Notes under the pieces: generated by a model
What the model was told of the DNA's origin: nothing
What the model saw: the letters and a program-made list of their open reading frames with translations, nothing else
Database searches by the model: none
Part shown: positions 25,611 to 38,755 of the stretch, one piece after another
Layout: the number at the start of each line of letters is the position of its first letter
Position numbering within the stretch: position 1 is the stretch's first letter
DNA from: Euprymna scolopes
Lineage: Eukaryota
Assembly (NCBI GenBank): GCA_053919585.1
Contig: CM132787.1
Strand: one strand, 5' to 3'
DNA: 64,000 bases
Position numbers and translations under genes: made by a program

Positions 25611-25886
25611 CCCACATACACTTAGCCTGGGGCCGCAAGGTACCCAGTTAAACCGTGATGTACCACGAGGAGGTGGCATGCGAGTCTTGACCAGTGAGAC
25701 GCTCTAACCACCAGTGGGCAGGGCTTACTAAACTGCCTCCCCTTCACTCTTGCGAGTATAGGTGGCGGTTACAGCTGGAAGCAAGAGGAGAAGAGCACCT
25801 GAAAGCCAAGCAGCTAAGCACTCTACACATTCACTAAGCTACAACACTACACGCTCAAAGGCCCTGTGTGCAACACACCACATCAC
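25611..25886 (-). ncRNA. HDV-like self-cleaving ribozyme at the RTE 5' end
   Basis: P1 GUGAUGU (25886-25880) pairs with ACAUCAC (25661-25655). P3 ACC/GGU closes L3 UCCUCGU. GG follows P1' for P1.1. P4 is CUGGG/CCCAG. J4/2 is GCUAA with the catalytic-position C at 25625. P2 is CUCGCAUGC/GUAUGUGGG. Confidence 0.85.
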
Positions 25887-25971
<85 letters not shown>

Positions 25972-25972
<1 letters not shown>

Positions 25973-26870
25973 TAGTATTTCAGCCAAGCGTTGCCCGGGT
26001 GTTCGTACGTGTATGTTGAGGCAAAAAAAGGTCAAATTTTATTTAAATTTGACCCCTATTATGACCCTTAATATTTATTGTTTTGGGCTCAACTCAAGTC
26101 ATTAAGTAAGATCCATATCCAAGGAATCGATATCTAAAATTTCAAAAATCGGTGGAGTAGTTTGGTAGCGTTCTCAAAGGTAAATTGTTGAACTTTGACC
26201 ACTAAAAAGACAATTTTCTGGGTGAAAACTGATTACAAAGATTACCCCAATTCCCAGTACCCTGTATATCAAATTTTTCGTCTGTAGACTGAAAATTGAC
26301 AGAGTTATTGCGTNNNNNNNNNNNNNNNNNNNNNNNNNNNNNNNNNNNNNNNNNNNNNNNNNNNNNNNNNNNNNNNNNNNNNNNNNNNNNNNNNNNNNNN
26401 NNNNNNNNNNNNNNNNNNNNNNNNNNNNNNNNNNNNNNNNNNNNNNCGTTGCCCGGGTATTTTGAAGTGTATGCTAAGCAAAAAAACAAAAATAAAAATA
26501 AAAACACAAACAAAAAAACGATCAATTTTTTTTATTTGATCCCAATTATGACCCCTTAAAATTTATTCTTTTGGGGTCAAATCAAGTTATTAAGTTGAAT
26601 CCATGTCCAAGGAATCTATATCTAAAATATCAAGTGTTTAGACGAAAAAATCGTCGGAGGAGTTTAGTAGAGTTCTTAAAAGTCAAATCGTTGAACTTTG
26701 ACCCCTTAATCGCCAAATTTCTGGCCATAAACCAATGTCATCGATTTGCCCAAATCTCAGTACCCTGTATATCAAATTTCGAGTCTGCAGACTAAAAATG
26801 GACTGAGTTATTACGTAGGGAAATGTACACAGACACACGCACACACACAGACACGTCCACTTTTATATAT
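25972..26870 (-). mobile_element. Two short internally deleted Helitron family A derivatives separated by an N gap
   Basis: CTAG end at 25972 with the CGTTGCCCGGG hairpin, and a second hairpin at 26447. Both copies jump from GCAAAAA to the TCAAATTTT..TTTGACCCC module. Confidence 0.75.
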
Positions 26871-28713
26871 AGAGAGAGACATATATTTATAAGTGTATGC
26901 ATGTGTGTGTGTGCATATATATGCGTGTGTGCATATGTATTATTATTATAATTAATTTTGGAATATTAAAAGCAATTTTTTGTAAGTTACTTTGTTTCCT
27001 AAGTACCCTGAAAAGGCTGCATCGACTTTTTATAACCAGACACGAATGTGCTTGATTTTCGTGGTAGTTATCTTACGTAAGTTTTCTTTCCAGATGCATA
27101 CACTAATGTTTTTCACAGCACGAACACTAAGTTCCACGAGATTAAATATAGTAGTTATATTTTAAGACAAAGGTGTGATCGAAGTGAATGTTTTTCTTTA
27201 GAGCACAATCGGTCAATTATATATGACTTTGTATTTTATATTAATTTAAGCCATAAATGAAAAATATTTTTGTAAAATGCCAGTTAGTTATTTAATAACC
27301 TAGGTGTGCGTTCGACATTACTGCTTCTCTTTGCAATAAAACTGAACTATTCTATTTACATTTGTATTTTACAGCAATTTTTTTAACGTCAAGTGACGAN
27401 NNNNNNNNNNNNNNNNNNNNNNNNNNNNNNNNNNNNNNNNNNNNNNNNNNNNNNNNNNNNNNNNNNNNNNNNNNNNNNNNNNNNNNNNNNNNNNNNNNNN
27501 NNNNNNNNNNNNNNNNNNNNNNNNNNNNNNNNNNNNNNNNNNNNNNNNNNNNNNNNNNNNNNNNNNNNNNNNNNATCGTTTTCTATATTTTCAAAACACC
27601 TAAACTAAATATTCACCATGATTTTCTTATTACATAAAACAGAAACTATATTTATGGCCTTATAATATAATTATCTTTCGGTCGCATATATTAACAAGTC
27701 TTAAAAATGATGTAATGAGGAATGTAATATGGTTGCAATCCCAAAAAATGACATTAAAAAAAAGACACATTCTAATCTGATAATATAGATTTCTTTTGGG
27801 GCTTCTGGAAAAAATCATATATACTTCAGAAAATATCAATATCAAATATGATGTGTTATTACGTAATCGGACTACGGTTTTTTACTCTCATAAATGAAAG
27901 AATTTATGTTGTTATACTCTTAGTTACAATGTTACAAAGGAATCAGAACCTCGTATTGTACAGAAAAATGTACTAATATGGCCATAACAATATTATTGTT
28001 TACATATGTGCATACATGTTTCAGTTATTTGCTAATTCATGGAAACAACACATCATCAGACCAATACGAACATATAAAAGTGTAAGTTTGTTTCTCTTTC
28101 CAACAAAAAAAGTGTTGTAAATATTCCGGACATAGTCCCCTGCGGTATGCATTTCCGTGCGGTACTAATGTGTATGAATTAGTAAATTCGTTGGTAATTT
28201 CGCTAAGAGTATGCATATTCAACTGTTATATAATATTTATGTTTTAAGAATGAAACTGAGAATATCAATCGAAAATATTTGCTATTTTTCTGGCGGTTAA
28301 TTTTTACAATGAGCACTGATATGTTAAATACATTGTTTTACATTACACTTAATCTAATCTAATCTTTCTATTAATTTGATTTATAAAGAAAAAGGAAGAA
28401 AAAACTATTAACCCATTTTAACATTTGAATCGAGTAAAAATAATTATCATTTGAAATACTATATCGATATTCTGAACTTTCGAGAGTGAAAATATGATGA
28501 AAAATATTCTATAAACCAGAAATCTGATAATTATGAACTTGTTTTCAAAACAAATATTTACATATGACGACGACTTTTCCTTAAGTAATCGATTTTTGAA
28601 TAAAGATAGGTTTCTGTGAAGTGCGCTATACTTATTATGAATATACATATTATCGTACATTTATACACACATAGCTTTGTTGGCCTATCTGTCTATATGT
28701 CTGTTTCTCCATT

Positions 28714-28779
<66 letters not shown>

Positions 28780-29036
28780 AACAAACATATGAAAATTAAA
28801 TTTTAAATTATTGTATTAAACAGATATTTCGTAATTGGATTAAATGATGGTAAAAATAGTAGTAAAAATGCATGCATACGTAAACACACACACACATATA
28901 TATATATGTACATATGTAGTGATACATATATATGCGTATGTGTGTGCGTGTGTGTACGTATGCATGTATATTTAACACATTTCTTGTACCTTCATTGCAT
29001 CATATATCTAAATATCTTTCCCATACAATTGTTTGA

Positions 29037-29116
<80 letters not shown>

Positions 29117-29152
29117 TTCGTATATCTATCTTTCTATCTCTCTACACACACC

Positions 29153-29222
<70 letters not shown>

Positions 29223-29899
29223 TGCATACATGTGTGGTTGTATAATTCAGTTATATAATTATACTTGGATTAAAATAGATGGCTTATTTCTGGTTAACTT
29301 AGACCCTTAATTCGATAGATTGTTTGATATAAACTGTTTCATTGGAATATAAGTTTTAATATAGTTTTCTTAGAATAAATAGTTTCCATATCGAAAATAA
29401 AACAATGAAGTAAAATATCTAAGATTACCATATTTTTTTTTACAAAATTGTTCAACTTTTAGTTCAGTTTTTTTTTTTTTTTTTGTCGTGTGTATAATGT
29501 TTGGTATTTAATAGTATCGTCCTTGTTTTAAAAACTGTATAATAGTTCTTGCATAATTGCTTCAGATTATATATTTTTCAAAAATGGTAATGGTTGGAAT
29601 TATATAGACATTAACATTGGTGAACGTTTTGATCATCATAATGTTTTTGTTTTTTTTAAATACGACCAGTGACTAAATATATATGGATTTAACATACATA
29701 TTTCGTTCTCAAATGAAGCTTTGCTTTAAAAAAAAGAAAACGATTGACAGCTACGTAGATGCGACGAATACTATTTACTTATTTTTTTTCTTTCGTTCTA
29801 ACATTTTATTTTACTACATATTAACCCACATTACAAATGCACTGGTACACTCTACTTTTGATGTGTCCATCGTAAGGAACTTGTTTGCCACAATATGAA

Positions 29900-30795
29900 G
29901 TCGGATTTGTCAGCGGAAAATAGCAGGAGAGCTTTCAATACTCCTTTCTTCTGTTAATAGAGTGATCAGACAATTTACAAGAGAGAGCAAACAGAGCCAC
30001 AAATATTTACCCAACCTTGCATTTGGAAATAACTTAACAATGATTTGCATCATGCAAAAAATATGAAGAGGACCCCTCGTGAAAAGCCTCTAATATTGCA
30101 ATACAAACTAGCGTCAGTCCCAGAATAAATGTCACGTCTTAAAAGGCTAGGCATCTATCATAAGTGTGAAAGAAGTAAACTTCTAATTCATCTTGCCAAT
30201 ACGAAAACAGAAAAAAGTGGGCTCGTTAGTTGTAGAGCCACGTATAAGGTTTTGGATCAATGTCATTTTCTCGGCAGAGTAACGATGTGATTTATTTCGT
30301 GATAATGCATTGGTATGGATGAGGAGACTTGCTCAGAAATTTGGAAGTAAAAACTGTCGTAAATGATGAAACAGGGGGTATTTGGTTATGTATAGGGGTA
30401 GATTTTGAGTGATAGTCACTCAGACTTGACAGAGAGCGGAGAGAACATAAATTCGACTAAATGCGCTTCGATATTTAATGAAAGATTCACAACAGTATTC
30501 TCAAGTTGTAAAATGAACCAAATAAACCTCCTCTATATGCAGACTGGAGCTATTTTTTACTGTGCTTGCGCGACGCAACATTGGTGAAGCCAAAATCAGA
30601 TTAATAAAAATTCATGGCAAAGTCGACTGATATGTAGCCAATTGAAAATATTAGGCGCATAATGAAATTGAAGATTCGCAAAAAAAAAAAAAAATGGCAG
30701 GAAATACCTCAAGATTATATTCCTCGACTAGTCGATGTAATGCCGAGAAGGTTCCTAGCATTCTAATATTAAACGATGTGTAAATCAAGTATTAC
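29900..30795 (+). pseudogene. Decayed Tc1-type DD(34)E transposase relic
   Basis: MQTGA (resembles QQDGA), PIENI.RIMK and WQEIPQDYIPRLVDVMPRR at about 30695-30750 match the Tc1 C-terminus. Many stops. Confidence 0.6.
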
Positions 30796-31384
30796 TTAAT
30801 AAATGTGTGACAATTTGTTTTGATTGTGTTTCATAAATTATATGTATATCGAAATACACACTTTCGTGTGTCTATACTTCTNNNNNNNNNNNNNNNNNNN
30901 NNNNNNNNNNNNNNNNNNNNNNNNNNNNNNNNNNNNNNNNNNNNNNNNNNNNNNNNNNNNNNNNNNNNNNNNNNNNNNNNNNNNNNNNNNNNNNNNNNNN
31001 NNNNNNNNNNNNNNNNNNNNNNNNNNNNNNNNNNNNNNNNNNNNNNTATATTAATTATTACTTTTAACTTTTCCAACTGAACAATAACGGTCTTTCCTAG
31101 TGGGAATTACTTCTTGTACTCAAGAAGTTTTCGTAATGGCAATACCTCCTAATTTATCGACAGAGATAAAAAAATATGTTTCGTTTTTAACGGTTAATAA
31201 ATCTTTTACTTTGAATTTTGAAAAGATCAAAAATAGAATTAATAGAGATGATACGTCAGTTTTACTTAATTAAATAGGCTTAAAAGAAAAATATCCTATA
31301 TATATATATATATATATATGTGTACGTGTGTGTGTATTTGTGTGTGTGTGTTAAGCTGTGTGTTTGTGTGTGTGTTTTAATATG

Positions 31385-33926
31385 TATTATTTAACATGCC
31401 CGGATATCTCCCAATCTGCCGTAAGGACTCTGACAGACATATGCATGGGATTGGAGTTGATATTCGAAACACTCCCCCCTTAGCTAGAGAAAAAAACTAG
31501 AATCGGACGATCAAGCCTTAACATGCAACATAATATTAGTTACTTTTATTTTCTCTGTCGCTCCCCCTCGACCCATGATTTTACCCTAATAAACAAAATA
31601 TCTGACAGCATAGATACAGCGCTTTCCCTTGACACTAGAGCACAAGTTCATGTATTTAGGGACTTCACTGTCCACCACAACAACAACTGGTTTGGATTTT
31701 CTACTTACACAGACGCAGCTGGTAGCACAACACATAGCTTCTCTATAACTCATTCCCCATCACAGATGGTTACGTTCCGATCCCGTTTCCCTGATCAGCA
31801 AGAACAACACGCATAAATTGTAAATCTGTTTTGACCACAGTTCCTGATGAGTGTGTTACGAACGGCCACACGCCACTTGGGAATGCTGACCATGTAGTGA
31901 TAATAGGTGAAATCGCCCTAAACTCTAGACCAAACACGGAAGAGCCAATACTCAAAAGAACGAGATATTATAAAAAGGATGATTGGGAAACCATCAGGGA
32001 TCTAATCAGAGACGCCCCATGGCGAAATATCTTTTCACTTCCTGCTGAACAGTACGTAAATGAGACCACTGAATGGTTCAAAACAGCAATCGAAACACAT
32101 GTACCCACGCGGAAATTTTATAGAAAGTCCCACTCTCCCCAATAGGTTACTTCCACATGTGCAGTTGCCATCGCACAAAGGTAGCACGCGAACCACATAT
32201 TTAACCGACATAAATTCAGTTAAACATGGAATAGTTTGCTCAGCAACCGAGAATGCTAACATGCTTGCCAGTTGTCAACTCCACACTGGACAATGCTAAT
32301 CACCCTTTCCCTGACTTTCCTTTGCGGACAGACGCCATACTTGCCGATCTGAAAATCACCCCCTCTCAGGTGTATGCTATCATAAAAAATCTTGGCACTT
32401 CAAAAGCATGTGGACCTGAGCTCATCCCGGCTGTTCTATTAAAAAATGCTCCACCGAAATAGCTTCAATCCTCTCCAAACTTTACAACACATGCCTTAAT
32501 GAATCTTGCTTACGGGGAAACTGCTTCTGTGGTACCAGTTTTCAAAAATTCTTGCGAAAGAACTGACCCAGTAAATTACCGCCCCATTAGCTTCCTCCCA
32601 CTTTTTGTCACAATATTTGAGTCCATAATTAACCAAGCTCTAGTTCATCACCTTACAGATACAAAACTTCTGACCGTCCAACAATATGGATTTAGGAGAG
32701 CCCGTTCTACATCAGATATAACTGTAATCTCTGGGCGTATATGCCATTCATTTGACAGGGTAGGATAGAACGCTAGCTCTAGATATATCTAAGGCTTTTG
32801 ACAGGGTATGGCATGCAGGTCTTTTCAGGAAAATCAGATCATACAGTATCACTGGAAGACTATTTGAACTAGTTAAATCCTTCTTAGATAAGAAAAAAAA
32901 TCCAGGTTTTACTCGATGGTTTTACATCTAAACAATATGATATAAATGTGCCTCTGGGGTCTATACTTGGACCTCTATTATTGCTAAAATTAATAAATTA
33001 CCTCCCTGACGAAATTTTCTGTGAGATGGGTATTTATGCTGATGACATCACGATCTATAACAGATACGACAGGAAAACAAATAAACATATAATATACAAA
33101 TATGTAAAAAAATTCAGAAACACAAATCTGTAGTAGAAATAGGGACAAAAATGGATGTTTATATTCAATGCTGCCAAGACTAAACTTGTTTCCTTCAATA
33201 ACTACCAGGAAACTTCTCTACCACCAATAGCAATGGCCAAAGACTCTTTACCTGAAAGCACATCTTTTAAACTCCGCAGTCTAATATTCACAGGAAACAT
33301 GAGTTGGAACAATAACATTGAGAGCATTGCCAGGACCGCTGCGAAAAAGGTAGTTCCTCTCTACCGTGCTTGAACGCTAATTATGTCTGAAAGTATCCTG
33401 TACCTCTATAAGGCCACCATTTGCCCATGTATTGAGTGTTGTTGTCATATATGGGCAGGTGCATTTGCTACTAGTCTCTCACTCCTAGACAAGGTTCAAT
33501 CGAGAGTCGCCAAGCTAATAGGTCATGAACTGTCATCCAAGCTTCAGCCTTTGTTCCATCGATGTGATGTAGCATCCCTCTGTCTGTTCTACAAGTACTT
33601 TAAAGGCGAATGTTCCGACGAACTGCAAGCATTTGTGCCCCCATTTATGTAAATACCCCTGAGAAACCCGACAAGCAGTAAAATCCCACCCCTCTACAGT
33701 AGAGATCCCTAGATGTAAGAGATCCTTCTACTCCTGTAATTTATTCCCCAGAACCGCTAGACTTTGGAATTCTCTATCAGATCCCTGCTTCCTCAACTGT
33801 ATTGACATGCAGCCGTTCAAGTGTAACGTGAACCGACATCTTGCTGCTTAACTGTCTACTTAGTACTCCTTTAGCCTGTGTTCCTAATACTAGCCCTCTA
33901 CATCAAAGTTGTTTGTGGTGAAAATG

Positions 33927-33929
<3 letters not shown>
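31385..33929 (+). mobile_element. Degenerate CR1-group LINE (APE C-terminal part plus RT), ending in (TA)n
   Basis: APE remnants (RSPS, F.DF.VHH..W, DHVVI), KACGP..IP, NYRPIS.LP, QYGFR..RST, YADD, CCHIWAGA. Many stops and frameshifts. Confidence 0.88.
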
Positions 33930-33987
<58 letters not shown>

Positions 33988-34329
33988 TTATCAATGCCAT
34001 GCAGCAGTTTTAAAAATAAAATAAGTTTCTCGGCGCCAATTACTATGCTATCAGACTTACAACAAATTATGCATTAATAATTATATTTATTCACACTCGA
34101 ATTCTTCGTAATTATTGGTTAAATAAATCTAATGATTCTTAAAATTAACGCGAAGCATTATCTGTGCGTAAAGTTTATAGCTCTAACGTAAACACATATA
34201 CAATATAATATACTGAGACGAAAAGAATGTGTTTCGGGTTGCAAAAGTTATGGATTAGGATTTTCTGCAAATCTTTAATAGTGATGTAAATAATTGAAAT
34301 TAACGACTCAATCTCCATAAAACCGAAAT

Positions 34330-35420
34330 GGATAATCCACGCCGAAACTGATAATTCTAATCTCTTTTCACAGAATATGCACGTTATTCACATTTCATTC
34401 CTTAAACAACGGCATCACAGATTTATCACTATCGACAATTCAACTGTCGATTATTTTATCAGCAGTCATTTCATATAAGAGATATCATATTCTTAAGTAC
34501 GTGAAAGTGCATGGGTCCGAGTTTGAGACAAAGAACCATAAAGATACTTGTTATTGACATATTTTGATTTTAACATTTTTTCAATAGAAGTCCACAAATA
34601 GTCGTAAAATATGATATTTGAGATCGTTAATGAAGATGCTGAAGAAAATCCGTCCCAGGACTGATCACGGAGGTAAGCTAGTGTAAATATCGTGGGGCTT
34701 GGAGTTTGCCTTCAAGAGCTAATTTCAAAATTGATGGTCAGACGACATGTCCTGAAAAATTGTTATTGAAAATGGTTTGAGTATGCCAAACACTATAAAT
34801 CACCATATATGTGCCAAGAGTTATTGATTAATAAAAGGGCACATTAAATAAACTGGTCATTTGTGATATTATTTTGATCTCATCTGCTGTAGATATCTTA
34901 GAACGGAAACCATATTTCATGCCGCTAAATAAGATACTTTTTGTTTAGGTGGTTGGCAACTGATTTTATTTATAACAAACACAAATAAAACCAACTTACT
35001 AATGACGCATAGGAAACGGGTTAGTCTGAACTGAGAAGCAGATTAAAATCGCTCTTATTTTAAAGAATATTGTAGTTTCCAGGGAACTGAAAGTAACACC
35101 TATCCTTTAGCCAGCGTTCAAACAACTAGATAAGTTATGAAATATAGCTTTGTTTGCAGCCTTCTGATCAATGTTATTGGATTTTGTTAGAACAAGTTGC
35201 TTCGCTAGTACCAAGGTTCTTGATAAGTGTGGCAACGCGTCAGGAAGATATAGAGAGATGCCGCTTATTTGATCAGGTTGATCGTAAAATTCTTGCGTTT
35301 TTATTTAGCTTATATATTCAGATGGATATATTCCGATTCAAACAAGAAGAGTGGATGAACACAGGTCAGATCAAGTTAAAGGAACATATCTAGAATCAAA
35401 CACATTGACTATTAGGGCAT
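34330..35420 (-). pseudogene. Highly decayed CR1/L2-type RT relic
   Basis: Minus-strand translation at about 34590-34685 gives LPP*SVLGRIFFSIFINDL...LRLFVD, resembling GVPQGSVLGP.LF.IFINDL...LFADD. Boundaries are approximate. Confidence 0.5.
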
Positions 35421-35609
35421 CAAAAATGTAAGGTCATTAAATCGCTTAACCAAATATACGGCAACAGAGAAATAAGGAGATCTTTATTTTTTATATGTCC
35501 TTTTTTAAAGAACAAACTATGCAACGGTAGATTCTGTAAAACTTTCACAGGCGTAAAGCTTGGCAGTCGAATAGGCAGACAGAAAATGCTGGAGGTTCGC
35601 TACCATGCT

Positions 35610-35611
<2 letters not shown>

Positions 35612-35680
<69 letters not shown>
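35612..35680. repeat. (TAA)n microsatellite
   Basis: Pure trinucleotide run. Confidence 0.95.
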
Positions 35681-36960
35681 GTACCCCATCATTGTGAGTA
35701 GTAGAGGTTTACTATGAAAGCGGTTAGTAAATGATATTCCAAAACAAATGTGAGGTGATTTTTTTTTTAGAAATGTACCGGCCACAAGAGAAGCTATCTT
35801 TAATGTAGCCACAGATTACATGACCGTGACATTCTGGCCAGGTGTGTAACTTGTTAGAATAACTTCTGATAGAGAATAAAGGTGTAGTTAAATCAATGTT
35901 AGTTTAACACCCAACAGCAGGTCCGGTTGGTCTCCTATAATTTGATTTCAACCATGGAAAATTTCCAAGATAAAACTCTTATGCTACATATTGAAGTATA
36001 TTAGGAAGGTTGTCTACATTACAAGTTGTCGTACAGCGCCTAATCCTTTGAAAGTTGATCTTCTGTTCATGAAAGTAAAATTTTTATTTGTTTTTTAAAT
36101 ATATTTTTACTAGATTTGAAGAGAGGTAAAATGAATAGTCCAAACCCATTAGTGTGGGCGAACATAGAAACAGAAATATAAATATGAAAATTTGAATGAC
36201 AGTTTATAGAGAAATGGTATGCAAAACTTAAGTTATTGTTTTCATTCAGCCGTTTAGAATTTTTACATTTTATTTCCAGATAAACACCGAGACAAGTCAA
36301 TGGAACTCTGACATTTATCTCAACGTTTTAATGCTATTTTGCCATTTATATCCTATAAAGTAATGCCTCTTCTGATGATAACATAAGACACTTAATTTAG
36401 TACACTATTTGACTCAAGAAAACTTTGTCAATTCGTGGAGACTACATAATGTCTGGTATATTCTAATTCACCAATGTGTTCCGGATATCCGCAAGATGTT
36501 TTCTTTGTTTTTAAATCGAACATTAGTGAGCCTGTCTATGAGTGATAAACAATTTAAGTCAGCAAATGTCCACCTTATCTTCGATTGCATTGGATCGTTA
36601 ATGCAAGTCTACGATTCCTGAATCAATTTCCTAATTAAGAAAGTGGCGTGATGTTTTCCAGCTGTGAAAAGATTTTCACTGTTTAACATCAAAAGTAGCA
36701 AACAAGTTTACATAGCATTCTTAATATTATAAAACTTGAATATATTACTTTATATGAAATTGTTTATTGTGTCCGCTGGCCTTTACAGACAACGTGTCTA
36801 ATCTCATGTGATAAAAGTCATATTCACCATTGCAAAATATTTGCTATTTCAAATTAAGACAACGGGAACATGAACCTACGTTCTCTTATCTCCTTTCATT
36901 GTTCTCCGAAAGACACACTCTCTCTCCCTCCCTCTCTCCCCCTCTCTCCCTCCCTCTCTC

Positions 36961-36991
<31 letters not shown>

Positions 36992-37279
36992 TTCATATGA
37001 ACGCGCTTATATTATACATTAATAGAATATTTTTCTTGTATTCGATTCATAGCTTCCAAAACAAAATTATATTCTATAGTAGCATAAACTATCAAGATCA
37101 CTATGCGCATTACAATAAAAAACGTGTATATATAAGGAGGATAATATATTCGTTATGAAAAGTGATTATCCTCTAAGTGTAAAGTTTGCGAATATTACAT
37201 AGTCTTCGAAAACACATTTAGGTTAGAGGCGTTTATTCAGAAAGACGTTATAGATATGGGGAACTGGATATGTTTATTC

Positions 37280-38755
37280 TGAATGCCTTAATGAAGCTTG
37301 CTTTCCGGGCTGTTGGAAAACTGCTTCTGTGGTACCAATATTCAAGAATTCTGGCGAAAGAACTGACCCATTAAATTATCGCCCTATTAGCCTCCTCCCA
37401 CTTTTTGCCAAAATATTTGAGACCTTAATTAACCATGCTCTCGTCCAGTACCTTACAGATGCTAAACTTCTGACCGACCAACAATATGGATTTAGACAAG
37501 CCCGTTCCACGGCAGACATCCTCACTGTAATCTCTGAACGCATATACCATTCACTGGACAAAGCGGGAGAGGGCAGAGCGGTAGCTCTAGATATATCTCA
37601 GGCTTTTGACAGGGTATGGCATGAGGGTCTCCTCAGGAAGATTAGATCATACGGTATCACTGGTAGAATACTTAACATAATTAAATCCTTTTTAGATAAG
37701 AGAAAAGTCCAGGTTGTCCTCGACGGTCGTACATCTAAACAATATGATATAAATGCGGGAGTGCCCCACGGATCTATCCTCTGCTGTTCCTGATATTCAT
37801 AAATGACCTCCCCGACAAAATTGCCTCTGAGATGGGTATATATGCTGATGACACCACAATTTATAGTAGGCACGACAGGAAAACAAATGAACATATATCT
37901 AAAGTAATGGCAGAAACACTAGATGATGACGTCCAATCAGTAGTGGAATGGGGACAAAAATGGATGGTCACGTTCAATGCTGCCAATACAAAACTGGTTT
38001 CATTCAATAATTACAAGAAACCTTCTCTACCACCTATAGCAATGGCCAACGACTCTTTATCTGAGAGTACGTCTCTCAAGTTCCTTGGCCTAACGTTCAC
38101 AGGAATCATGAGTTGAAACGATTACATCGAGGGCATTGCCAGGGCCGCTGCGAGGAAGGTGGGCTCTCTCTACCGTGCTAAAAAACTTCTAACACCCAAA
38201 GTATCCTGTACCTCTATAAGGCCACTATTCGCCCATGTATGGAGTATTGCTTTCATATTTGGGCTTGTGCATCGGCTACTAGTCTCGCTCCTTGACAGGG
38301 TTCAAAAGAGAGTCGCAAATCTGATAGGCCCTAAACTGGCATCTAAGCTTCAGCCTCCGTCCCATCGTCGAAACGTTGCATCCCTCTGCCTGTTCTACAA
38401 GTATTATAATGGTGAATATTTTGAAGAACTGAAAGCACTTGTGCCCCCACGACGTGAACACCCTCAATAGACCCGACAAGCTGCAAAATCCCACGCCCAC
38501 ACTTTAGAAATCCCTAGATGTAAAAGATCTTTTTACTCCAGTAGTTTCTTCCCCAGAACTTCTAGACTTTGGAATTCCATTCCAGGTCACTGCTTCCCCA
38601 ACTGTACTGACATGCATAAGTTCAAGTGCACGTGAACCAACATCTCGCTGCCCTAATCCCTACATAGTGCCCCAGTAGATGTTTCCCCTGATAGTAGCCC
38701 GCTACAGCAAAGTGGCAATGTACCTTGTTTGGGGTGAAAATGTAAAAAAAAAAAA
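37280..38755 (+). mobile_element. 5'-truncated CR1-group LINE, young subfamily
   Basis: CFPGCWK.A.V.PIFK, NYRPISLLP, QYGFR, LDISQAFDRVWH, YADDTT and a poly-A tail. Highly similar to the copy at 62581-64000. Confidence 0.92.

Larger units (their letters stand above)
21995..25886 (-). mobile_element. Full-length RTE-clade non-LTR retrotransposon inserted in (TA)n
   Basis: A GC-rich block between two TA tracts with a single APE+RT ORF, a 5' UTR of about 620 nt, and a very short 3' end GGGCCTA(TGA)3. Confidence 0.93.

Noticed and set aside
28020-28070. CUGAUGA on the minus strand resembling a hammerhead core
   Set aside because: It is followed by GAAU rather than GAAA, and stems I and III are not convincing.
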